Position numbers and translations under genes: made by a program. A DNA stretch of 64,000 nt from an uncultured Candidatus Saccharibacteria bacterium (GTDB lineage Bacteria > Patescibacteriota > Minisyncoccia > Phycocordibacterales > UBA918), in contig CAZKFF010000007.1 in assembly GCA_964552045.1 (NCBI GenBank), positions 3,949 to 67,948 on the forward strand, given 5' to 3'. The notes under the pieces were generated by a model. The model worked only from the letters and a program-made list of their open reading frames with translations, was not told where the DNA came from and did not search any database. Below are positions 1 to 8,387 of the stretch, piece after piece. Positions within the stretch are counted from its first letter, which is position 1; every line of letters starts with the position of its first letter.

Positions 1-405
1 ACGTTTTACTTCTGTGTTTTCCTGTGCAGTGAACGGGTCGAGACGTTCCATAAGCTGCTGCACCTGCAGCACCGTCCCCACACCAGCGAGAAAAAATGCA
101 GTGATCCACGTTATACCGAGTACCAGAAGGAGCGAAAGCCGCAGAAAATGCCTGCCTTCAACGAGACTCCTTCCGATGAGGAAGCAGACAAAGAACGGTA
201 TGAAAATGAAGATGAAGAATGCTGTTGCGGCGATCACCCCTTCCGGATTGAAGACCATATCGCGCAGAAAGCGCTGAACAGTATCCGGGAACAGCGTATC
301 CGCCGAGAATAAAACCAGCATGTACGCAACAGCTAACAGACCCATGCCAAAACTGCCGACAAGCATCAGGAGAGTTCCTATTACTTTGGTGAGTATGGAT
401 TCCAT
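1..405 (-). CDS. Partial integral membrane protein (N-terminus in window, gene runs off the 5' edge)
   Basis: Reverse-strand ATG near 405 opens frame MESILTKVIGTLLMLVGSFGMGLLAVAYMLVLF... with several hydrophobic helices and no stop before position 1. It lies 30 nt downstream of the NUDIX gene stop. Absent from the ORF track because it has no in-window stop. Confidence 0.4.
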   Translation of the reverse strand, partial: MESILTKVIGTLLMLVGSFGMGLLAVAYMLVLFSADTLFPDTVQRFLRDMVFNPEGVIAATAFFIFIFIPFFVCFLIGRSLVEGRHFLRLSLLLVLGITWITAFFLAGVGTVLQVQQLMERLDPFTAQENTEVKR

Positions 406-434
406 CGCCCTATTGTGGCTTTTCTTGCGGAAAA

Positions 435-884
435 TTACAATTTGTCCGCACGCGCCTGCAGATCAGTACATACGTGTGCGAACATATCTCTGGCGTGCGC
501 AAAGGAGAGCTTCCTTTGGGCCTCTTCCGGGGTGAACCATCCCGCTTCCCGCACTTCATCCTCTTGAATGCTGAAATCAGCATCTTGGACAATACCAAGA
601 TAATACTGCACCTGCTTTCTGATGAGGAGATCCCCATAGACATAAGAATACTCCTGCGTATATATGTGGTCCGCAAGAAGCTCAGCTGGCTCCATACCCG
701 TCTCTTCATGCAGTTCACGCACTGCGGTCTCCTGTGGAGATTCGCCCTCTTCGGGATGCCCTTTGGGGAACGTCCAATAGACATCGCCCGCGCTTCCGTA
801 CTGATTGATGAGGAATACCCTCCACCCCTGTGTATCCCTCAACACCGGTATGACACCGTATGAGACATCATCTTTTGTTTCCAT
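435..884 (-). CDS. NUDIX hydrolase
   Basis: Nudix box GHPEEGESPQETAVRELHEETG (Gx5Ex7REUxEExGU pattern) in a 149-aa ORF. Confidence 0.8.
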   Translation of the reverse strand: METKDDVSYGVIPVLRDTQGWRVFLINQYGSAGDVYWTFPKGHPEEGESPQETAVRELHEETGMEPAELLADHIYTQEYSYVYGDLLIRKQVQYYLGIVQDADFSIQEDEVREAGWFTPEEAQRKLSFAHARDMFAHVCTDLQARADKL

Positions 885-937
885 ACCGTTAGTATACAGC
901 GCGCACAGATACGAGCGAATGCTACAATATTTCCATC

Positions 938-1663
938 ATGCGGAAGCACAGGAAGAATGCATTTTTTGAGATCGAAGACGCTCTGGAAGATCCCCGATCA
1001 AAATTCTTTACCGTAGCCAATGACATCCTTGCATGCGTAACGCTTGTCTCTGTCGGTTCGATAATTCTGGAAACGGTTCCGTCACTTTCTGCGTACGGCC
1101 CAGTATTTCAAAGCATAGAGTACATCGCAACCGGACTCTTTACCTGTGAGTACTTCCTGCGTCTGCATCGGGCTAAGCGTAAAACCGGCTACATATTCAG
1201 CTTTTTCGGCATTATTGATCTGCTGGCGATTCTTCCGACCTACCTCGGATTAGGAAACTTCACTTTTTTGAAGACCGCGCGCGCTTTGCGTATTGTCCGG
1301 CTGCTGCGGATGATCCGTCTGGCGAAGCTGGCAAAATTACGGAAAAAAGATGGGATGTCGTCGCTCTACCTTCTCAATATCCAGATTTATGCGATCACGT
1401 TGTTCACGGCGACATTGTTCCTTGGCGCGCTGTTCTATATCTTTGAAGGCACTGAAGCATACGCGCAGGATATCCCATCGGCGATGTTCTGGGTGTTCAA
1501 GACCATACTCGGCGGCATCTCAATGCCCCAGCCGCAGACTACCGGAGGCGCGGTCATCCAGATACTCGCCCGTTTCTGCAGCACGCTTCTGCTGGGGCTC
1601 ATGCTCACTCTCGTTGCCACCATGATGCGCAAGCTATTGACCGGTTCGGAGAAGGATGCGTGA
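938..1663 (+). CDS. Voltage-gated ion channel family protein (single 6-TM Ion_trans-like domain)
   Basis: Six predicted TM helices. S4-like segment with basic residue every third position (RALRIVRLLRMIRLAKLAKLRKK). Pore-loop-like ...MPQPQTTGGAV before the last helix. Confidence 0.65.
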   Translation: MRKHRKNAFFEIEDALEDPRSKFFTVANDILACVTLVSVGSIILETVPSLSAYGPVFQSIEYIATGLFTCEYFLRLHRAKRKTGYIFSFFGIIDLLAILPTYLGLGNFTFLKTARALRIVRLLRMIRLAKLAKLRKKDGMSSLYLLNIQIYAITLFTATLFLGALFYIFEGTEAYAQDIPSAMFWVFKTILGGISMPQPQTTGGAVIQILARFCSTLLLGLMLTLVATMMRKLLTGSEKDA

Positions 1664-1727
1664 GGCCAGCGCCGGTCTTTGGGCATAGATTGCTCTGTAC
1701 CATCAAGCGCAGGTTTTTAAGTCGCTG

Positions 1728-1749
1728 CACTCCCAAGACTGGATTTGAA
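1728..1749 (-). repeat. Partial copy of the tRNA-Leu 3' end (T-arm/acceptor fragment), direct repeat of 1860-1881
   Basis: 18 consecutive identical nt (cccaagactggatttgaa) shared with the 3' end of the intact tRNA-Leu about 130 bp away, same orientation. No complementary 5' acceptor strand found, so not a complete tRNA. Confidence 0.5.
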
Positions 1750-1856
1750 ACTTACAGTTTCAGGACAGGTCGTGGCTCTTTTGAAAAAGGAGCCACGACC
1801 TCTTCAAATTCAGAGACCAACACAAAAAGTCCGGCTTTATGCCGGACTTTTTGTGT

Positions 1857-1943
1857 TGGTGCCCAAGACTGGATTTGAACCAGCATGCCCTTGCGGGCGC
1901 TACCACCTCAAGGTAGTGCGTCTACCAATTTCGCCACCTGGGC
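1857..1943 (-). tRNA. tRNA-Leu (anticodon GAG), type II with long variable arm, CCA encoded
   Basis: Reverse complement GCCCAGGTGGCGAAATTGGTAGACGCACTACCTTGAGGTGGTAGCGCCCGCAAGGGCATGCTGGTTCAAATCCAGTCTTGGGCACCA folds as a cloverleaf. Anticodon loop TTGAGGT. Long variable arm typical of Leu. Confidence 0.85.
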
Positions 1944-2043
1944 AATCACCTTTTGTGAGGTCGCGCTATTATGCATGATGTACGCTCTTAATTCAAGCGG
2001 CAGAACAAAACACCGGCACGCTGTGCCGGTGTTTTGTTCCCAG

Positions 2044-2649
2044 TTAGTCTTTCTTCTCTTCTGCAGCAGTTTCCGCAACCGGAGCTTCAGGAGCGCTTTC
2101 TGTTTCCTTCGGAGCTTCCGCTTCAGCCTGTGTTGCCGCTTCTGCAGCTTTCGCTGCCGCTTCAGCCTCGGCTGCCTCCTTCTGTGCTCGTTCTTCGGCA
2201 ATCTTCGCTTCTGCCTCTTCGGCGGCTTTTGCAGCCGCTTCAGCTTTCGCTGCCTCTTCCATTCCTGATTCCGTCGACATTGAAACGAGGTTCATGCGGC
2301 GCATCTGTCGCTTGATCTCACGAGCAACCTTCTCACGGATGTAGTACAGCTTTGCTCGACGTACCTTCGCGCGTTTGACGATCTCGATCTTGTCGATGTT
2401 CGGAGAATACAGCGGATAGATCTTCTCAACGCCGACGCCGCTTGCGACCTTGCGTACCGTGAATGTGGCACCTGCCTCAGAGCCGTGCTTTCGGGCGAGG
2501 ACAGTGCCTTCGAAGATCTGGATGCGGGTCTTTCCCTTGTCCTGGATCTTCTGGTGAACACGCACAGTATCTCCGGCCTTAAGCCCAAGGTCCTTGCGGT
2601 CGTTCATATTTACTGGAGAAATACTGATCCCCGTGAGTGTTGTGTTCAT
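2044..2649 (-). CDS. rplS: 50S ribosomal protein L19 with about 85-aa Ala/Glu-rich C-terminal extension
   Basis: Core GDTVRVHQKIQDKGKTRIQIFEGTVLARKHG...YSPNIDKIEIVKRAKVRRAKLYYIR matches L19. Internal ATG chosen (MNTTLTG...) because the upstream part of the ORF overlaps the rluA-like gene. Tail AEAKIAEERAQKEAAEAEAAAKAAEAATQAEAEAP... Confidence 0.85.
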   Translation of the reverse strand: MNTTLTGISISPVNMNDRKDLGLKAGDTVRVHQKIQDKGKTRIQIFEGTVLARKHGSEAGATFTVRKVASGVGVEKIYPLYSPNIDKIEIVKRAKVRRAKLYYIREKVAREIKRQMRRMNLVSMSTESGMEEAAKAEAAAKAAEEAEAKIAEERAQKEAAEAEAAAKAAEAATQAEAEAPKETESAPEAPVAETAAEEKKD

Positions 2650-2695
2650 ATAAATAAAAATAGCGCTGTTAAGCCCGCGTACTTTACCACAGGGT

Positions 2696-3430
2696 TCATT
2701 CATCTGCAATACGTTCGGCAGCCTCTTCAAATGCCTGGGGCAACGGCGCAATAAAGCGCTGTAATCCACCTTCCTGCAGTTCAATTTCAAGCGCATGCGC
2801 GTGGAGCGCAAGCCTGTTGAACTGCAAATTGTTCGACCGCGACATCTCCGCTTTCGCGTAAAGCGCGTCTCCGACAATCGGCCGACCGATGGCCTGCAGA
2901 TGGACCCGGATCTGATGCGTACGGCCGGTTTTCGGTGTGAGCTTCATATATGAGAATGCCTCCCCTTCGAAACGTCCGGTACCGATGCATTCCCAGTTGG
3001 TCACCGATTCACGCAAAAGTCCGCGTGCGCCGTGCTGCGCCGACCGGAGACGGAAATCTTTTGTACTGCGGCCGATCGGGCGGTCTATGGTCCCCCACCG
3101 CTCCCGCACTGCGCCATACACAAACGCGCGGTATTCTTTTTTGGCCAAACGGTCATGGAATTGGCGTTTGAGGTGCGCGAACGTATCCTGATCTTTCGCG
3201 AGGATCATTACCCCCGAGGTTTCTTTGTCCAGACGGTGCACTACGCCCGAACGCTCCAGTTCCTCCCCTTTCTGCGAAAGCTGAGGCTCGCCGACACCCT
3301 TCGCCTCCGGACAGTGCTGCAAGAACCAGTCCACCACGGTCGTTTCGTTTGAATGCCCGGTGTTATGCACCATAAGGCCTTCGGGCTTATTGATGACAAC
3401 TGCATGCTCATTCTCAAAAAGAATATCCAT
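2696..3430 (-). CDS. RluA-family pseudouridine synthase
   Basis: Catalytic motif HRLDKETSGVMILAKD and C-terminal GRTHQIRVHL typical of the RluA/RsuA family. Confidence 0.8.
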   Translation of the reverse strand: MDILFENEHAVVINKPEGLMVHNTGHSNETTVVDWFLQHCPEAKGVGEPQLSQKGEELERSGVVHRLDKETSGVMILAKDQDTFAHLKRQFHDRLAKKEYRAFVYGAVRERWGTIDRPIGRSTKDFRLRSAQHGARGLLRESVTNWECIGTGRFEGEAFSYMKLTPKTGRTHQIRVHLQAIGRPIVGDALYAKAEMSRSNNLQFNRLALHAHALEIELQEGGLQRFIAPLPQAFEEAAERIADE

Positions 3431-3448
3431 AATATGTATGTGCGCAAT

Positions 3449-3763
3449 TTAGAAAAGTATTGAAAAATCGTCTGCAATTTTCCTGGCGGTCCGCCAATCC
3501 ACCGACACCGCATCCACTTTTGACTGGAGCGATCCCTCGTGAAGATGTTCCACCAACTCCTTCAGCGTATCCGGCAATCCTTGGGCGCAAACCTCGACCG
3601 TACCATCCGGAAGATTGCGCACCCACCCGGTCAGGCCCAGCTGCGTTGCAGCAGTCTGTACATAATCCCGATACCGGACGTTCTGAACGGCACCGCTTAC
3701 AATGCAGTGGATTTCCATCATCGTATGTGAGTATACATCAAATCTCCCGCCCTGCACCGCCAT
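3449..3763 (-). CDS. Acylphosphatase
   Basis: Acylphosphatase signatures VSGAVQNVRYRDYV and GWVRNLPDGTVEV. Start ambiguous (MAVQGG... at 3763 or MMEIHC... at about 3721). Confidence 0.7.
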   Translation of the reverse strand: MAVQGGRFDVYSHTMMEIHCIVSGAVQNVRYRDYVQTAATQLGLTGWVRNLPDGTVEVCAQGLPDTLKELVEHLHEGSLQSKVDAVSVDWRTARKIADDFSILF

Positions 3764-3801
3764 TGAAAATATTTTAAAAACAGGTACTATGTTGCGTACT
3801 T

Positions 3802-3910
3802 GCGCGATTAGCTCAGTTGGTGGAGGTGAGGAAGTCTGGGAGACTTTCGAAACGTTTACACCTGTAAACGAGCTGCTCACGCGGGAGTTACAGATACAAT
3901 TTCATAATCC
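3802..3910 (+). pseudogene. Degenerate tRNA-Val-like copy (shares first 21 nt with the downstream tRNA-Val, then diverges with an insertion)
   Basis: GCGCGATTAGCTCAGTTGGT identical to the tRNA-Val 5' end. The D-stem cannot pair (GGAG instead of GAGC). It contains an anticodon-loop-like GTTTACAC inside a perfect hairpin cgtttacacctgtaaacg. The 3' part is degenerate. Confidence 0.5.
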
Positions 3911-3912
3911 AT

Positions 3913-3985
3913 GCGCGATTAGCTCAGTTGGTAGAGCAGCTCGTTTACACCGAGAAGGTCGGGAGTTCAAGTCTCTCATCGCGCA
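3913..3985 (+). tRNA. tRNA-Val (anticodon TAC)
   Basis: GCGCGATTAGCTCAGTTGGTAGAGCAGCTCGTTTACACCGAGAAGGTCGGGAGTTCAAGTCTCTCATCGCGCA folds as a canonical cloverleaf. Anticodon loop TTTACAC. Confidence 0.9.
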
Positions 3986-4067
3986 CAACGGGAAATGCCG
4001 TCAGCTTCTACTGGTGGCATTTTACATTTGAGCCAGAGACTCAAAAGATGTACAGACTCTGTAAGAA

Positions 4068-4084
4068 TCAAGTCTCTCATCGCG
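4068..4084 (+). repeat. Partial copy of the tRNA-Val 3' end (tcaagtctctcatcgcg), direct repeat of 3967-3983
   Basis: 17-nt exact repeat of the T-arm/acceptor 3' half, located about 85 nt downstream of the intact tRNA-Val. Confidence 0.5.
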
Positions 4085-4488
4085 TCGCCCACCACTAGTT
4101 TTGCAGGCTCTGTTCTTTACTTTTCGCCATATCAGGCGCTATGATGATGCCAGTTATCTGTACACGGGGAGGAAGAGATGACTTTTGGCGACGCCGTGCG
4201 CTTTTGGCGGAATTGCACGGTGAATGAGCTCATACTGCTTGAGCACCTGTTTGCGCAACGAAAGGCGAGACGCGAAAAGGAGCGCGCCCGCAAAGAGCTG
4301 CAAAAGCAAGCTACCGCTATGCAGCTCCTATAAGAAAGAGGCACTACCCACACACGAGCACCGGAATCCGGTGCTCGATTTGCTATGGAATTGCGCTAAA
4401 GTTTTGTAGAGTTTCCATAAACCCCGGTATCTGCTATCGTAGGTCCGAACACGGCGCTGTGTTCGTTCAGGCGCTGCGTTCAGAGTTT

Positions 4489-4560
4489 GCCCCTGTAGTT
4501 AAATGGATATAACTGCGGACTTCTAAGCCGTTATTCGAGGTTCGATTCCTCGCGGGGGCA
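4489..4560 (+). tRNA. tRNA-Arg (anticodon TCT)
   Basis: GCCCCTGTAGTTAAATGGATATAACTGCGGACTTCTAAGCCGTTATTCGAGGTTCGATTCCTCGCGGGGGCA. Acceptor pairs 7/7 (one G-U). T-arm CGAGG/CCTCG. Anticodon loop CTTCTAA. Confidence 0.8.
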
Positions 4561-4712
4561 CAGATACTGAAGAGCTGGCCTTGTGCCGCAATTCACTCAA
4601 ATACCCTTGGGGCTGATACGCAGACCGCCAGAGCGCGGATACGGCATGCGGCTTTCTTAAAGAAAAACCCCGCCAGCATAAGAGCCAGCGGGGCAATGCG
4701 CAGGGGTGTGCA

Positions 4713-5780
4713 TCAGACTGATTGGACACGCCACTGCATCGGTACTTCCTGCCGGAACGGCACGACCTGATTATCACCGAAGTCATATGACGATTCTGCC
4801 GACCAGGTGTGTCGGGCGAGCCTGACGCTGCCCTCATTGCGAGGCAGTTCGTAAAACTCGGCACCGAAACGCGAGGAGAAACCATCAAGCCGGTAGAGCC
4901 GGTCGACTGAATCGAACGCCTCGGCATAGAGCTCGATCGCGGCGTGAGCAGTGAAGCACCCGGCACATCCGCAGTCGCACTCCTTCGCCTTCCCTGCCTC
5001 ACCCTGTTGCGGATGCGGCGCAGAGTCGGTTCCCAGAAAGAAGCGGGTGTTGCCGGAGACTGCTGCCGAAAGCAGAGCCTGTCGGTCTTCTTCGGCCTTC
5101 AGGATCGGCTTACAGAACGCATGCGGCCGCAGATGTCCCCCGAGCAGATAGTTCCGGTTCACAAGCAGATGCTGCGCAGTCATAGTGGCGCCGAGCCGCA
5201 GATGGTTCGGCGCCCGTTCGATCATTTCTACGGCAGCCTTTGTCGTGATGTGCTCGCAGCTCACGCGGAGCCTCGAGAACGTCGATGTGATCCAGAGGAA
5301 CGCTTCGCCGTAAAAGATCGACTCACGTTCGAATACATCGTCATTGGTATCAGCAGATTCACCATGAATGAGAAGCGGCATGTCCACTTCTTCCATGGCG
5401 CGCAGCTGCTCCTCTACATCCTGCACCCGCACGACGCCGCCTTCCGAGTTGGTGGTAGCTCCAGCGGGATACATCTTGATGCCGTGAATGAACCCGGATC
5501 GCTTCGCTTCCCTGATAGTGTCCGGGCTCATCGTGGTCTGGAGGTAGAGTGTCATAAGCGGCGTAAAATCCGCTCCGCTCGGTACTGCAGCCATGATCCG
5601 GTCGCGGTACCGTGCCGCCTCATCGACTGTACGGATGTACGGTATAGTATTCGGCATCACGATAGCGCGGCCAAACTGCCGAGCGGTGAACGGCACCACT
5701 GACGCGAGTCTACCGTCCTGGCGAAAATGCACGTGCATATCATCTGGACGACCGATGGTTATCTCTTCTTGTGCTGACAC
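4713..5780 (-). CDS. pyrC: Dihydroorotase (class II, homodimeric type)
   Basis: N-terminal metal-binding DMHVHFR. Motifs AIVMPNT and FLGTDSAPH conserved in PyrC. Adjacent to pyrD. Confidence 0.85.
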   Translation of the reverse strand: MSAQEEITIGRPDDMHVHFRQDGRLASVVPFTARQFGRAIVMPNTIPYIRTVDEAARYRDRIMAAVPSGADFTPLMTLYLQTTMSPDTIREAKRSGFIHGIKMYPAGATTNSEGGVVRVQDVEEQLRAMEEVDMPLLIHGESADTNDDVFERESIFYGEAFLWITSTFSRLRVSCEHITTKAAVEMIERAPNHLRLGATMTAQHLLVNRNYLLGGHLRPHAFCKPILKAEEDRQALLSAAVSGNTRFFLGTDSAPHPQQGEAGKAKECDCGCAGCFTAHAAIELYAEAFDSVDRLYRLDGFSSRFGAEFYELPRNEGSVRLARHTWSAESSYDFGDNQVVPFRQEVPMQWRVQSV

Positions 5781-5794
5781 AATGCTCTCCTTAG

Positions 5795-6694
5795 TCAGTT
5801 GAGGTAGATTTCGAGACGGTTACCGGTATTCTGGTCGAGCAGCGTCTCCCAGAAATGTCCCGGGTGACCCATCCAGAACGGGAGCGAAGTCATTTGCACG
5901 GCCTTCGCTCCCGCGTCGAGAAAGTCGGCGACATCGTTGCCCGTAGTGATGCCGCCGACGCCGATGACGTCGATCTGCGAAATCAGATGTTGCCGGAACT
6001 GAATAACTTGTCCGAGCGCGATCTGCTTGAGTGCCGGACCGGAAAGCCCGGCGAGGCCGCCCATCGGCGAGATCGCGTCTGTGCCGACATATGCGTTCGG
6101 GAACGTATTGCAGGATACGACCGCCCTGATTGCTGCTCCGGCCGTATTGACGACCGCAGCAACTTCCTTCAGCAGACCGGGGTCCGAGTACGGTGAGAAC
6201 TTCACCCAGATCGGCACCCTGACTGATGTGTTGAGGCGCGCACAGAGCGTCTCAAGCGAGCGAAGATCGAATGACATGATCTTGCCGTGCTCGGTATTCG
6301 GACAGCCGAAGTTGAGTTCAATGGCCTTGACGCTCTTAATGGCGAAGACCTCTGCGCCCGCGACATAGTCGTCGACGCTGAAGCCCGCAACCGAAGCGAT
6401 GAGTGGCTGTTCGCCCTGGTATGCAGCGAGTTCGTATGCCGCCGGCGCAAAACCCATGTTCGGCATCCCGAACGAGTTGAGCCCGTACCCTATGCGACGC
6501 AACTCCTCCTGCGTATCGGGATAGAAGAGCCGATCGCCCTTGTTGCCCTCACGCTTCAAAGGCGTATACGATCCTGAAACCACCGGAGCGACAGTAAGCC
6601 ATTCTCTGGCCGCTTGGGGAGACTTGCAGACGCCTGCACCGATCATGATCGGAGCAGACGGCAGAGAAATACCACCGACACTGTATGTGTGCAT
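5795..6694 (-). CDS. pyrD: Dihydroorotate dehydrogenase
   Basis: ELNFGCPN and IGVGGITTGNDVADFLDAGA motifs typical of PyrD (class 1). Confidence 0.85.
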   Translation of the reverse strand: MHTYSVGGISLPSAPIMIGAGVCKSPQAAREWLTVAPVVSGSYTPLKREGNKGDRLFYPDTQEELRRIGYGLNSFGMPNMGFAPAAYELAAYQGEQPLIASVAGFSVDDYVAGAEVFAIKSVKAIELNFGCPNTEHGKIMSFDLRSLETLCARLNTSVRVPIWVKFSPYSDPGLLKEVAAVVNTAGAAIRAVVSCNTFPNAYVGTDAISPMGGLAGLSGPALKQIALGQVIQFRQHLISQIDVIGVGGITTGNDVADFLDAGAKAVQMTSLPFWMGHPGHFWETLLDQNTGNRLEIYLN

Positions 6695-6921
6695 CGTGAT
6701 TGTACCTTTCTATTGTTGAAGGACATGCATACCTCTGCGGTATGGTACTGGAGCGTACTATATAGAAAACGGAGCAATTTACAATATTGGATATCAGATC
6801 TGCAATGATGACCATCTGCATGCATGTATGTGATGCGCATATGAAAAGTCGCGCACGAATCTCCCTGCAAAACAGGTCACTGGCGCGATGCCCATTGTGT
6901 TCTCACAAGAAACCGGGCCGA

Positions 6922-7335
6922 TCAGTGGGACAATACCGCTGAAGAAGTGCCTATTTCCTGCCCTGCTTCTGCATCGCCCGTGTCCCCCTCAGACGAAGTC
7001 GCTGTCTGCGTATCGGGAACATTCTCTGGCGGAACGATGCTGTCCCTGAGCTCCTCAAGCGCACGCGCACGTTCGCCATAGGCTGTAAGCGTCTTCTGCA
7101 CAAGCTCCTGGTTGTAGTGCGTGCCGATCTCCTCCGAACTTCCTCCCTCGACAGTGATGTTTCTATACGTGACAAATGTGTGGGCGCTCTGCGCGACGCC
7201 CAGAAGTACAAGCATGCAAAAGAAGGAGAGCCCCAGAAGCCAATCTCGCACCGGATAGATCAGACGCTTGTCAAATGACACATTCGATTGCGCCAACGCT
7301 GAGAGCGGTGTGAGGATGTTTTTTTTATTTATCAT
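6922..7335 (-). CDS. Hypothetical membrane-anchored protein, last gene of the pilM/N/O operon
   Basis: One TM helix (LLGLSFFCMLVLLGVA) followed by an acidic, Ser/Thr-rich tail. Overlaps the end of the pilO-like gene by 11 nt. Confidence 0.4.
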   Translation of the reverse strand: MINKKNILTPLSALAQSNVSFDKRLIYPVRDWLLGLSFFCMLVLLGVAQSAHTFVTYRNITVEGGSSEEIGTHYNQELVQKTLTAYGERARALEELRDSIVPPENVPDTQTATSSEGDTGDAEAGQEIGTSSAVLSH

Positions 7336-7846
7336 GATTGAGAAGCGCTACACTCAGGGCGATGGTGCTTTTTACTGAACCATCCGTTTCGCGGGAAAAT
7401 GATAATGACTGCACGGTACTGTGGTACGGCAGCGACTCCAGTATGCGCAACATGCGCTTCACCGGCTCCTCTTCCCCCTCCACCGAAAATGAGATGAGGA
7501 GGTTGCTGAATGTCGTTTTTTTCTCGTCGACTTCGAGCGAGACCGTATCCAACGCGACGCCGAGCTGTGCACCCAAGGCTTCCATATCAGTAAGGAACCG
7601 GCTCGTCTGATCTTCAGTGAGTACATACTGCTGCAACTGGGCCCGCTCCTCCTGAGTGTCCGCCATGAGCTGCGACAGTTCCGTGTACGCTTTCACCTGC
7701 GCGTTATTGTCGGCGATAGCGGCAATACGCTCTTTCAGGGTTGCACCTGAGATCGAGACCTCGTAGAGCATCAATGCAATGACAACAGATGCTGCCAAAA
7801 GGTAGACCAACGAAAGTATGCCGATAATGAATGTCTTGCGTGTCAT
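7325..7846 (-). CDS. PilO-like type IV pilus assembly protein
   Basis: N-terminal TM (IIGILSLVYLLAASVVIALMLY), coiled-coil segment, about 170 aa. Start overlaps the pilN stop. Position after pilM-pilN as in canonical operons. Confidence 0.5.
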   Translation of the reverse strand: MTRKTFIIGILSLVYLLAASVVIALMLYEVSISGATLKERIAAIADNNAQVKAYTELSQLMADTQEERAQLQQYVLTEDQTSRFLTDMEALGAQLGVALDTVSLEVDEKKTTFSNLLISFSVEGEEEPVKRMLRILESLPYHSTVQSLSFSRETDGSVKSTIALSVALLNHDK

Positions 7847-7847
7847 A

Positions 7848-8384
7848 TTATTCGCTCTGCTGTGGGGTTATGGTTATGGAAAATTCAATATCACTGTCCT
7901 TGGCGAGGTTTGACAGCGGCAGATCGGCGGTCTTGAACATCTCATGCGCTTCGATCGCATCACGGAAAGTGGTAAGCGCCAGACGCGTCTGCGCAACGCC
8001 GTGTATGACAATGGGTTGCAATTCCTTTTTCTCAACAGCCACTGAAAAGTCGGTTATCGTCACTTCCGCGTGCGTCAGCCCCTCAAGCGTTGTGATGATC
8101 TCCAAAAGCGGCGTTCTTTGTTCTGCTGCAAGCAATTGTGCTATTTCATTCGCACGGACAACCTCCCGTTCAGATTCCTGGAAAGATTTACTTTCAAGAT
8201 TCGCCTGCATGAATTCCGGCAGGAATGCGCTCAGCTGGCTGCGGATGAGCACATATACCGGCACATTGAGAAGTGCAGTGATGACGCATGCGGTTGCAAG
8301 GAGCATCATCCACACTGATACCACGCGTATCCAATATTCGCGTTTGACCTGATGCTGTGCGGTTGGAGGAATGAGATTAATCAT
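7848..8384 (-). CDS. pilN: PilN type IV pilus assembly protein
   Basis: N-terminal INL(I/L)P motif (MINLIPPTAQ) followed by a TM helix, the hallmark of PilN/fimbrial assembly proteins. Immediately downstream of pilM. Confidence 0.65.
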   Translation of the reverse strand: MINLIPPTAQHQVKREYWIRVVSVWMMLLATACVITALLNVPVYVLIRSQLSAFLPEFMQANLESKSFQESEREVVRANEIAQLLAAEQRTPLLEIITTLEGLTHAEVTITDFSVAVEKKELQPIVIHGVAQTRLALTTFRDAIEAHEMFKTADLPLSNLAKDSDIEFSITITPQQSE

Positions 8385-8387
8385 AGG

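Noticed and set aside
1725-1830. Possible second tRNA or tmRNA-like gene next to tRNA-Leu (long hairpin ggtcgtggctc...gagccacgacc plus T-arm-like end)
   Set aside because: No 5' acceptor strand complementary to the 3' end could be found. The long hairpin is better explained as a terminator or stem-loop between a tRNA fragment repeat and the intact gene.
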